Below are positions 56,007 through 64,000 of a DNA stretch of 64,000 nucleotides, piece by piece. The DNA lies in IMG/VR virus record IMGVR_UViG_3300005444_000001, positions 4,406-68,405 of that record; one strand, 5' to 3'. Positions within the stretch are counted from its first letter, which is position 1. Each line of letters opens with the position of its first letter. The notes beneath the pieces were generated by a model, which worked only from the letters and a program-made list of their open reading frames with translations, did not search any database and was not told the origin of the DNA. The stretch comes from a virus. The position numbers were made by a program, and so were the translations under genes.

Positions 56007-56096
56007 ATGAGCCGTAACGCTCCGCATCCTAACGAATTTCTTTACCTCAAAGCAAGTGGAATGTTATTGTGCGCTCTATGGCCTTGTACGGCGTAA
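56007..56096 (+). CDS. 29-aa leader ORF overlapping the start of the next gene
   Basis: SD AAAGGAG; MSRNAPHPNEFLYLKASGMLLCALWPCTA*. Confidence 0.4.
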   Translation: MSRNAPHPNEFLYLKASGMLLCALWPCTA

Positions 56097-57310
56097 GTCC
56101 AATCGACGATTCGGCAAAGAGAAAGAAGCCTTACGACTTCTTTCAGCCAGCGAAGGCCCAAGCCCCGAGTCCTGAAAACCACTACAACCTTCTTCCGGCG
56201 GCTAAAGAGCCCGTCGCGGCGTCCGCGATAGTCCCGACTGGCTCAACCTATGCCGTCGTTCCTGTCGGCCCCAGTCCTAATCAAGAAACCTCACAGCAGC
56301 CCAGTTACGACGATCCGGCGCTCGAGTATCTGCGAAAGAGTCTCGACACTCTGAAAGCCACCAACGACGCTCCGGTGAAGAAAGAGAGTCGATTAAAGGC
56401 GGCGCTGAAGATGGCGGGTGCTGCTCTGGGTTCAGTGCCAGGCGGTACGACGTGGACAGACGTGGCGCGACAGGCCGGCGCGGCCGCTGGCGGTGCCATC
56501 TCTGGCGCTGTACAGCCGAAACTCCCGGGAGCAGTGCAGAAACTTTACGATGTGCATAAAGCCGAAGATGACGTGACGCGCGCTGAGAAGTACGCGAACG
56601 TTGCTTCGAACATTACGCGCAGGGCATCGCTGACGGACCAGGGCGACAAACGGCTGAAGCTCGCGGCCGATAAGCAGCGTCTTGATCAGGAATGGCGCAG
56701 TTTCCAAGTAGACGCCAAAAATCGCGGTCTTACGCTGGCAGAGAAAAAAGAGAAGTTTTACGAGGATGCCACTAAACGCGGGCTAACCGACCGTGAAACG
56801 ATGGACGAATGGCGCAAGGATATCGGCGAACGAAAGTTCAGAGAGGATCGTCGCCAGTTTGACGCGCAACAGCATATTCGAGAAAAGAACTCTGAGTTGA
56901 ACGCGCGCCGAACGGCAGCCTATGAAAAATCAGTCGAGAATGGCGGCAGTAAGACCGAAGCAAAGGCCGCCTCAGACGCCGCTGAGGCTGAAGCGCTGAG
57001 TGATTCTGCCGACGAGTACGAAGGGATCATCGCCACATTGGATCCTGATTTGGATTCATCGGAGATCGCGAAACTCAAAGGTGCCGCGGTAACGGCCAGG
57101 ACGCAAGCAAAGCGTCTGGGAGCCCGGGCGGGAGCGAGAGGCGAAGCGACTCCAATGACGACCGGACCGAACAAAGGCGTCACGGTTGACGCGATCAAGA
57201 AAATGAGTGAACCGCAATTCCGGAATTATTTGAAGACTGCCGTGCCGCCGTACTCCCCTGCGGAGACTGAGCGGCGCGTGAAGCACTGGAAGACGCTCTC
57301 AGGGAAGTAA
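56078..57310 (+). CDS. Putative DNA ejection protein
   Basis: About 410 aa; Gly/Ala-rich hydrophobic hairpin and long charged coiled coil; upstream of the giant SLT protein. Confidence 0.55.
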   Translation: MALYGVSPIDDSAKRKKPYDFFQPAKAQAPSPENHYNLLPAAKEPVAASAIVPTGSTYAVVPVGPSPNQETSQQPSYDDPALEYLRKSLDTLKATNDAPVKKESRLKAALKMAGAALGSVPGGTTWTDVARQAGAAAGGAISGAVQPKLPGAVQKLYDVHKAEDDVTRAEKYANVASNITRRASLTDQGDKRLKLAADKQRLDQEWRSFQVDAKNRGLTLAEKKEKFYEDATKRGLTDRETMDEWRKDIGERKFREDRRQFDAQQHIREKNSELNARRTAAYEKSVENGGSKTEAKAASDAAEAEALSDSADEYEGIIATLDPDLDSSEIAKLKGAAVTARTQAKRLGARAGARGEATPMTTGPNKGVTVDAIKKMSEPQFRNYLKTAVPPYSPAETERRVKHWKTLSGK

Positions 57311-57312
57311 AT

Positions 57313-60300
57313 GTGTCCACACCACGCGACGAAATTGATCGAATCCTCGGCCTCGCGCCGCCTCCGCAGCAAGCAGACTTCCCGTCGCTCGTTCGCTCTG
57401 CTGCTACAAGACTGAACGTTCCCCTCGAAGTTGCCGATGATTACCTCCGCGTAACCGGTGGGATCGAATCAGGTAATAAGCACTATCGCAACGGTAAGGT
57501 ACTCATGTCTGACATGGGCGCGTTGGGCGGCGGGCAATTGACGCCTGACAAGCCCGACACGTTTCATAAGACCGTCAAAGGAAAAGCCTACGATCTTCGT
57601 GATCCTGCGCAGAATGCGGAAGCTGGACTGGCGTACTTCTCCGACTTTGGTGACGATCCGATTGCTCGACGAATCGGATATTTCAGTGGCGACAGTAAAT
57701 CTCTCCGACACTACCGAACGACTGGTCGCATCCCGCTTGGTGGAGAGCGTGACCCAAAGAGCGGGAAACTCCGGACAAGTTTTCATAAGTACATTTCGGT
57801 GACGGGCGGCTTTGACCAGATAAAGCCTTCGCGAGATACGATCGACGCCGTGCTTGGTTTGTCTCCCACGGGCGAGACGTCCGCCCCTGAAGAAAAACCG
57901 ACTTACGGCGTGGCCCCGTTGCCGGATTTGGCAACATCAAGCGAGGCGCAAAATCCGGCAACGCCAGTTCCGCAACAGCCGCAACAGTTCCTGAAGTCGA
58001 TTGTTCGTCCTGAACCGGTCGCCATCGCTAGCGGTTCTACACCAGTCGCGCCGGACACCGCGCCAACATATAAACCGCCAGAGCCGCCAGAAAAGGCACG
58101 TCCGGCTGACGAGTTTACGAGCAAGAAAACCTTCAACGTTCCGCTGAAGCCGTTCGACAAAGAGCAGACAGGCGCGCTTGGGTTAATTGGCAATGCTGGT
58201 CCCGAAGCGCAGGCTGGTTACATCGACTGGGTGCGCCGCAACGCATCCAGCAGGCCAGACGCCTCACTTGCCGACGAGTCTTACGCGCAAACCTTTGTCA
58301 AGATTCAGCAGTACCTGGGCGCGAATCCGAAGGCGACACCTGAAGAGACTGTCAAAGAATTCGCGAAATTTGGGCAAGATTTTGTCAATGACCCGGCGAC
58401 GAAAGGTAAGCAGTTACCGAAGACGCTGCATGACGCGATGCTGCGGGCTCCATATGGTGAAGATGAACTCAAAACGCTTCCATCAAAAATCCGGCAGCAG
58501 AGAGCGCAGGTTGCTCGAGCCGACCAGCAGCGCCAGGCTGAAGCCGCGCTACAAAAACAGACCTTTGATCTGTACCGGAAAAATCCGGAACAACTCAATC
58601 GAAACATCGCGTGGCACTTCGGCGAAGAAACGCTGCGAGGGCTCGCGAACCTGCCGGAGAAGACGCAGCGGCATGTTGCGTTGATGGCGGTCGCCGCGGC
58701 GAACGAGGACGAGCGGAAGCGCCAGGCCGGCCAAACTGACTTCCAGCAGGATCCGAACTATCAGGCAACGATGCGGAAGAGAGCGGGGATTAGCGATGAT
58801 TTGTTAGCAGCCGCGACAGGGCCGATGAAATTCGTCCGAGAGATGGACACCTTTCTCGGAACTGCACAGCAGGAAGACCAGCAGCGTCAGACGATTCGGC
58901 AGCAAGTGCAGGCTGAACAGCAAGGCGGATGGGCGACGCGCGATCCGTCTACGGTGGAAGCGGAAACCGAGCGCCGCTTTCAGGCATGGAAGGCAGAGCA
59001 GCCCACAGAAGCCGAACTCGCGAAAGCAAAACCAGAGATTGAGCGACTGGAAAAGGCGAATTACTTCTGGCGCCAATGGGAGCGCGCAACGCCGGAACTC
59101 AAGAGTTTTGTCGAGAAAGCTCAGGCAACACTTGGCCGCGACTTGTCAAAAATTCTTCCAGGTGGCGTGGGCGCGCGTCTAAAGACCTTCGCTGAGCAGC
59201 AGCAGAGCGAAGCGCGCGTCGATGACCTGATCGCGCAGCATGAATACTCCGGCGATCAAACAATACTTCGCGGGATTGGCAAAGAGGTTGTTCAGCAAAC
59301 ATTTTCACTGGTGCCGCTGATCACGAGCGAGGCTGCGACAGGTATTCCGTTTCCATTATTGATGGCTGGACAAAGCTATTTGGAGAACGGCAACAAGCCA
59401 GCGTCCACGCGCCTAATAATGGCCGGTAGTGCGTACTTGATGGGCAAGGCGTACCAGAAAGTGCCGGGCCTGACTGTGGAAGGTTTACAGAAAATTCCCG
59501 GCGCGGTCGGTGAACTCGCTACGAAGTATCCGAGCGTCGCGTCGCGCATTGTCGGCGCGGGGGAGTTTGGCGGGCTTGGCGCTGGCGAGACGTTGGCGCG
59601 AGGCGGTACAGCGAAGCAGGCGGTCATTAGCGGCGTTGCGCAGGCCATTCCGGGCGCAGTGTTGGCAGGAAAACCAGAAGAACCAGCGGAGGTAAGTGAT
59701 GCCAGGAGCGAACAAATTCAGTCCGAAAGAAGATCGGCAAATCAACCATATACTGCAAGCGCTGATGAACCGGGGCGTGTCGGAGGACGAAGCGAGCCAC
59801 CAGGCGTACGGGAAAGTTCAAAACCTGAGAAAGCAGCACGGCCAGCAACCGAAAAAACCGAAGGTGTATCACGTCAGCCGACGGTAGCGCGCGAAGACAT
59901 TGACCGCGCGCTTGGACTAACTGACGAACCAGCGGTGAAAATTAGTCCACCTGCAAAAGCAGAGACAACGGCTTCCACGCCTTCTGAGGGTGGAGTATCT
60001 GTACCTGAAGCAGCAAAAACCGCTCGCAGAATTCTTGATGCCTATGACAAGACGGGCGAAATTTCAACTAAGCGAGAAGTTGTTAAAGAATTGGAGAAGG
60101 CGGGATTGCTACCGGAAGGGGTGGCGGCATACCGAGCGGCTGAAATTGAGCACCGTGAGCTTGGTATGCGAATGGATGTTCCCGGCGAAGTGTTTGAGGC
60201 TCAGGTGTGGCCGAAGTTGACCCGGCTAGCTGAAGGCGCACCCAGCACCGAGACTATCAGCACTCCCTCGCGGCGAGTTGCCGTGCCGCAAGAGTTAATA

Positions 60301-63300
60301 GATCGCGCCACCCAGCTAGAGAAGGACTTGACATCTGCAACGTCCGATGCTGAGCGATTTAGACTTCAGAGCGAGATGAGTGCGAATGACCGGGCTATCG
60401 GTGCCGCGCTCTCAGCCCAACCATCTGTACCTCAAGAAGCACCAAAGGTCTCAGAACTCGCAAAGCCGTTTGGTGGGGTATCACCTGAAGTTTCACAGAC
60501 GTACCAAGCGGAACTGCGGGCTAAGTTCGCCACGCCTCTAAAGCCGAAACCCGTCGTGTCGCCCACGGGAGAGATGAAATCAAAGGAGAAAACCGATGAG
60601 CAAGTTGTACCAAGTCGAGCCGAAAACAAACCCGCCGTCAAGCCGAGTATTGCCGCTGCGCAAGCGAAAGCCAGAGAATTACAATCCGCACCAGAGGTTC
60701 GAGAGACTGCTCGGACAGCACTTCCTGGCGCTGCAGGGCGAGAAACCGACATCACTATCCCCGGCACGAACCGGCGCTACAAAGCACGGTACGCACTCCG
60801 AGAAGCCGACGACATAGAGGCGTCGCACAATCCGGAGAATTTCAATCCCAATCCGAAGTATCCGTACACGAACGATCGGCGCTATGAATCAGAGCCTCAA
60901 TATCAGACGCAGGTAATAAACAGATCGAAATCGACAGGGCCAGAGCCGTTCGATCCGCGCCAACTCATCAACACGAGCCCAACGATCGACACCGGACCGC
61001 CAGCAGTTACTGAAGATGGTCTAGCGTTGGGTGGTAACTCACGGGCGATGATCGCCAAGCGCGTTTACCGTAATAATCCAGAAGGCGCTGAAGCCTATCG
61101 CAAGGTACTAACAGAGGATGCCGCCAGTATAGGAATCGATCCCGCTGAAGTCGCGAAGATGAAGAACCCTGTTCTGGTGCGCGAAATCAGTAACGAAGGG
61201 CTAAAGTCAAGCGAGGTTCAGCGAGCCATCACCGACCTGAATGTCACCAGCACGACTCCGCTGACTCGCGAAGAACAGGGCGCGGCCGGCGCTCGCCGCA
61301 TGTCTCAGGACTCCGCCGATTTTATCTCTCAGGCGATTGAATCTAAAGGCGAAGACGCCACGCTGGCGACGGTAATGGACGCGACTGGTCCGGAGATTAT
61401 CAACAGACTAATTGCTGATGGTGTCATTCCCGCTGGCGATCGAAACGTGCTTATCAAAAACGGCAAGGTCACGCCCGAGGCCAAGTTGAGGGTCGGGCGA
61501 CTACTGACCGGTCGAGTTTACGAGAATTTGGACCAGATGAAGGTCACGGCGCCAAGCGTCCAGAATAACATCGAAAGAATTGCGCCAGCGCTTCTTCAGG
61601 TGGAAGGCTCTGACTGGGATCTCATTCCAACAGTACGTCGAGCGCTGGATGCTGTACAGGAGTCCAAGGCGTCGCGCATTCCGCTGGATGACCTTAATAA
61701 CCAAGCGTCGATGACGCGCGGTGAACCCTTTACCGCCGAAGAATTGTCGATTGCTAAAGCCCTTCAGATGGATCCGCGGCAGGCAGCAACTCGATTCCGA
61801 CAATACGCGAACGACTTCGAAACTGAAAAGAACGGCCAGAGCGGATTATTCGGCGAACCCGCCACCCAGGCAGAAAGTTTCGATCAGAACTTTGGCGAGG
61901 CAAAGCGCGGTCCCGGCGCTGCGAACGTAGGCGACGTGCCGACTGAGCGGACGGTCGCGCAACTCACTGACGCTATTAGTAAGTTGCCCAAAGGCAAGTC
62001 GGTTCGTGAGGCGATGGCCGCTGCTCTTGATACTGCCGAAAAACTTGGCGAAGGCAAGGACGCGCTTCATCGAGCATGGCTGCGCACGGTCGCTAGTTCA
62101 AAAGCTTTGATTGTTCGACGGGAGGTTTCAGACTACCAAAAGAGTGTCGGCGAATTTGAGAAAGCCAGACAGCGTAACGCTTTTGAGACGCGCCAATTCG
62201 TGAAGCAAATCAAGGAAACCGTGCCAAGCCGATTGCGTCGCGAGGCGATCATTAACTACATCCAGGCAGACGGCGATAACGCTCTGCTGATGCAACGCGC
62301 GCAGCAATCTAAGCTCCGGCGACGACTCGGATACGAAGAAGCGACGCGACTGACTGATGAAGAAAAGACGGTCGCGAATATGGTTAGTTCCGCGTGGGAG
62401 TCTGGCTGGCAAGAAGCACGCGACAAAGGCATCCTGCACGGATTTATTGAAAACTACGTGACTCAGGTTTGGAAGCGCAAAGACCCGATTCGGCAGAAAC
62501 TTCTGGCCGACGTTCAGCGCGGCTTGCTCAACCCGACGTTTCAGTTCAACAAGCAACGTATCTTTGCCGATTACTTTGAAGGTGAGCAGGCAGGGAAAAT
62601 CCCCGCGTCGAAAGACATTGGCGATATGTACGCGACGTGGAACCAGTCAATGCAGACGGCGATCTACTCGCGTGATTTCATTCGCGGTCTTTACGACATT
62701 GACGCCGTTGACGGTCGCCCGGTCGCGCAAATCTCCGGCTCCGGGAAGTTGATTTCAAAAGAGGAGGCAGGGCCGGAAGAGTTCGTGCTGCGTCCGCGCA
62801 CAAAGCAGGCAAGTATGCAGGAGCAGATCGCACGGAAACGAGCGGGTGAACCATCGCTAAATATCGCCGGCTATGGCAGCGTGAATCATTCGGCGATGCA
62901 CGGCTTTAAGTGGGTTACGAAAACCGCAGACGGTACGCCGATGTTCATGGAAGGCGACATCCTTATTCACTCAGACCATCTTCAGCAAGTTCGCAATTTA
63001 CTTGGACGCTCTGCGTTTTCGTCTGGCCCACTGAAGGCTTTGAAAGTGACGCAGCAAACCATCAAAGGCACGATGTTCGGATTGCTCCCGGAATTTCACC
63101 TAGTTCAAGTGGCGACGCACGGGCTTGGACATCGAATTTTGCCGTGGAACTTGGAGAAGATTGATTTCGATCATCCGATTCAGTCGCTACTCGTGAGTCG
63201 TGGCGCGCAGATCGCGAGTTTCGACGCCGCGCAAGAATACGGTGAAGGGTTAATGGCAGGAAACCTTTTGGCGAAAATCCCGGTGTTAGGTTCTCGGATC

Positions 63301-64000
63301 ATTCGCCCGCATCAAGACTGGTTGTTTCAGGATTATATTCCGCGTCTGAAAATGACGATGATGCTCGACGCTTTTGAACGGAACCAGAAGCGATACGGCA
63401 GCAAACTCAATGTCGATCAAATCGCTGAACTTACCGCAGAACAAGGTAACGCGGCATTTGGCGAGCAGAACTGGCGCTATCTTGGCTATCACCCAACAAC
63501 CGTGGACGCGATGCGCACTTTCCTGCTGGCTCCCGATTTCCTTCTCTCGCGCGGGAAGTTTGTCGGGCAGGCGGCAAAGCCTTATGGACGCGAGCAGTTA
63601 GTGGCCTTGGGAGTGCTGGCGAGTACGCAGTACCTCGCGGCCCGCATCTTCAACAAGATATCGAGTGGGGATTATCACTTCGAACTGGAGAATGCCTTCA
63701 AGGTGATCATTGGCAAAAAGTGGTATGGACTTCGGAGTGTGCCAGGCGACATTGTTCACATGATTTCAGATCCGCGCGGATTCTTTTTTAATCGGCTTTC
63801 CCCTGTTGTTGCGACCGCCGTGGAAGCAGGTACTGGCCGCGACGATCGTGGGCAGAAAAAAGACGCGGCGGAGCAAATTCAAGACTTCCTCAAACGTGCC
63901 GAACCGATCCAGTTTCGCCGCCATTCAGACGATTCATGGTGGGAATCGGCGCTAAACTCAATGGGCCTCCAGGAAGGGCGATACTACACGCCGGCAGAAG
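57313..64000 (+). CDS. Giant ejection / polyvalent protein (partial) with lytic transglycosylase and DdrB-like ParB domains
   Basis: Frame from GTG 57313 has no stop in any stretch read and is absent from the stop-terminated ORF track (at least 2229 codons). 'GGIESG...SDMGALGGGQL...YDLRDPAQNAEAGLAYF' SLT motifs; 'YALREADDIEASH...NDRRY...DTGPP..TEDG.ALGGNSR' ParB-like at about 60.75-61.3 kb. Confidence 0.8.
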   Translation, partial: MSTPRDEIDRILGLAPPPQQADFPSLVRSAATRLNVPLEVADDYLRVTGGIESGNKHYRNGKVLMSDMGALGGGQLTPDKPDTFHKTVKGKAYDLRDPAQNAEAGLAYFSDFGDDPIARRIGYFSGDSKSLRHYRTTGRIPLGGERDPKSGKLRTSFHKYISVTGGFDQIKPSRDTIDAVLGLSPTGETSAPEEKPTYGVAPLPDLATSSEAQNPATPVPQQPQQFLKSIVRPEPVAIASGSTPVAPDTAPTYKPPEPPEKARPADEFTSKKTFNVPLKPFDKEQTGALGLIGNAGPEAQAGYIDWVRRNASSRPDASLADESYAQTFVKIQQYLGANPKATPEETVKEFAKFGQDFVNDPATKGKQLPKTLHDAMLRAPYGEDELKTLPSKIRQQRAQVARADQQRQAEAALQKQTFDLYRKNPEQLNRNIAWHFGEETLRGLANLPEKTQRHVALMAVAAANEDERKRQAGQTDFQQDPNYQATMRKRAGISDDLLAAATGPMKFVREMDTFLGTAQQEDQQRQTIRQQVQAEQQGGWATRDPSTVEAETERRFQAWKAEQPTEAELAKAKPEIERLEKANYFWRQWERATPELKSFVEKAQATLGRDLSKILPGGVGARLKTFAEQQQSEARVDDLIAQHEYSGDQTILRGIGKEVVQQTFSLVPLITSEAATGIPFPLLMAGQSYLENGNKPASTRLIMAGSAYLMGKAYQKVPGLTVEGLQKIPGAVGELATKYPSVASRIVGAGEFGGLGAGETLARGGTAKQAVISGVAQAIPGAVLAGKPEEPAEVSDARSEQIQSERRSANQPYTASADEPGRVGGRSEPPGVRESSKPEKAARPATEKTEGVSRQPTVAREDIDRALGLTDEPAVKISPPAKAETTASTPSEGGVSVPEAAKTARRILDAYDKTGEISTKREVVKELEKAGLLPEGVAAYRAAEIEHRELGMRMDVPGEVFEAQVWPKLTRLAEGAPSTETISTPSRRVAVPQELIDRATQLEKDLTSATSDAERFRLQSEMSANDRAIGAALSAQPSVPQEAPKVSELAKPFGGVSPEVSQTYQAELRAKFATPLKPKPVVSPTGEMKSKEKTDEQVVPSRAENKPAVKPSIAAAQAKARELQSAPEVRETARTALPGAAGRETDITIPGTNRRYKARYALREADDIEASHNPENFNPNPKYPYTNDRRYESEPQYQTQVINRSKSTGPEPFDPRQLINTSPTIDTGPPAVTEDGLALGGNSRAMIAKRVYRNNPEGAEAYRKVLTEDAASIGIDPAEVAKMKNPVLVREISNEGLKSSEVQRAITDLNVTSTTPLTREEQGAAGARRMSQDSADFISQAIESKGEDATLATVMDATGPEIINRLIADGVIPAGDRNVLIKNGKVTPEAKLRVGRLLTGRVYENLDQMKVTAPSVQNNIERIAPALLQVEGSDWDLIPTVRRALDAVQESKASRIPLDDLNNQASMTRGEPFTAEELSIAKALQMDPRQAATRFRQYANDFETEKNGQSGLFGEPATQAESFDQNFGEAKRGPGAANVGDVPTERTVAQLTDAISKLPKGKSVREAMAAALDTAEKLGEGKDALHRAWLRTVASSKALIVRREVSDYQKSVGEFEKARQRNAFETRQFVKQIKETVPSRLRREAIINYIQADGDNALLMQRAQQSKLRRRLGYEEATRLTDEEKTVANMVSSAWESGWQEARDKGILHGFIENYVTQVWKRKDPIRQKLLADVQRGLLNPTFQFNKQRIFADYFEGEQAGKIPASKDIGDMYATWNQSMQTAIYSRDFIRGLYDIDAVDGRPVAQISGSGKLISKEEAGPEEFVLRPRTKQASMQEQIARKRAGEPSLNIAGYGSVNHSAMHGFKWVTKTADGTPMFMEGDILIHSDHLQQVRNLLGRSAFSSGPLKALKVTQQTIKGTMFGLLPEFHLVQVATHGLGHRILPWNLEKIDFDHPIQSLLVSRGAQIASFDAAQEYGEGLMAGNLLAKIPVLGSRIIRPHQDWLFQDYIPRLKMTMMLDAFERNQKRYGSKLNVDQIAELTAEQGNAAFGEQNWRYLGYHPTTVDAMRTFLLAPDFLLSRGKFVGQAAKPYGREQLVALGVLASTQYLAARIFNKISSGDYHFELENAFKVIIGKKWYGLRSVPGDIVHMISDPRGFFFNRLSPVVATAVEAGTGRDDRGQKKDAAEQIQDFLKRAEPIQFRRHSDDSWWESALNSMGLQEGRYYTPAE
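57861..57876. repeat. 16-bp variant
   Basis: GTCTCCCACGGGCGAG, inside the giant ORF. Confidence 0.6.
60558..60573. repeat. 16-bp variant
   Basis: GTCGCCCACGGGAGAG, inside the giant ORF. Confidence 0.6.

Noticed and set aside
61-60573. 17-bp repeats as a CRISPR array or REP/IS ends
   Set aside because: Copies are kilobases apart, many lie inside CDSs, there are no regular spacers or cas genes, and no transposase lies between pairs
57313-64000. Tape measure protein
   Set aside because: No tail tube, sheath or chaperone genes; the SLT plus ParB architecture and neighbours fit podovirus ejection proteins
1-64000. Stop-codon reassignment (alternative genetic code)
   Set aside because: Standard code gives dense, full-length, motif-complete ORFs on both arms

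Overview
The window is a 64-kb slice of a moderately GC-rich tailed dsDNA phage or prophage. It is most likely podovirus-like: head genes, adaptor/nozzle-like genes and ejection proteins are present, and no tail tube, sheath or tape measure was seen. Layout: 1-21.7 kb (+) morphogenesis: scaffold, major capsid, adaptors, nozzle, fibre-like proteins, two inserted HNH genes. 21.9-43.3 kb (-) replication/recombination and small accessory genes: VRR-NUC, HAD, MazG-like, DnaB, HNH, PD-(D/E)XK exonuclease, SNF2, DnaQ-like exonuclease. 43.9-50 kb (+) early/anti-defence block: RHH regulator, TGT/DpdA-like plus QueF-like pair, HAD phosphatase, RNA ligase, Nudix, serine recombinase. 50-51.7 kb (-) NinG-like protein and a DNA methyltransferase. 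52-55 kb regulators and membrane/lipoprotein genes. 56-64 kb (+) ejection-type genes, including a giant ORF of at least 2229 codons (GTG 57313 to the window end) that the supplied ORF track misses; it carries an N-terminal lytic transglycosylase and a DdrB-like ParB domain. No terminase, portal or endolysin was recognised, and the host is not determinable. Two observations stand out. (1) A 17-bp quasi-palindrome, STCKCCCANTGGGMGAS, is scattered about every 3 kb across the window (15 strict, 3 degenerate and 3 one-base-shorter copies), including inside genes in all three reading frames. (2) Five fibre/structural-looking proteins in the tail region begin with Sec-type signal peptides. Several candidate structured RNAs and a lambda pR'/tR'-like promoter-terminator unit were also found. 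All protein assignments are from motif recognition by eye; no database searches were run.
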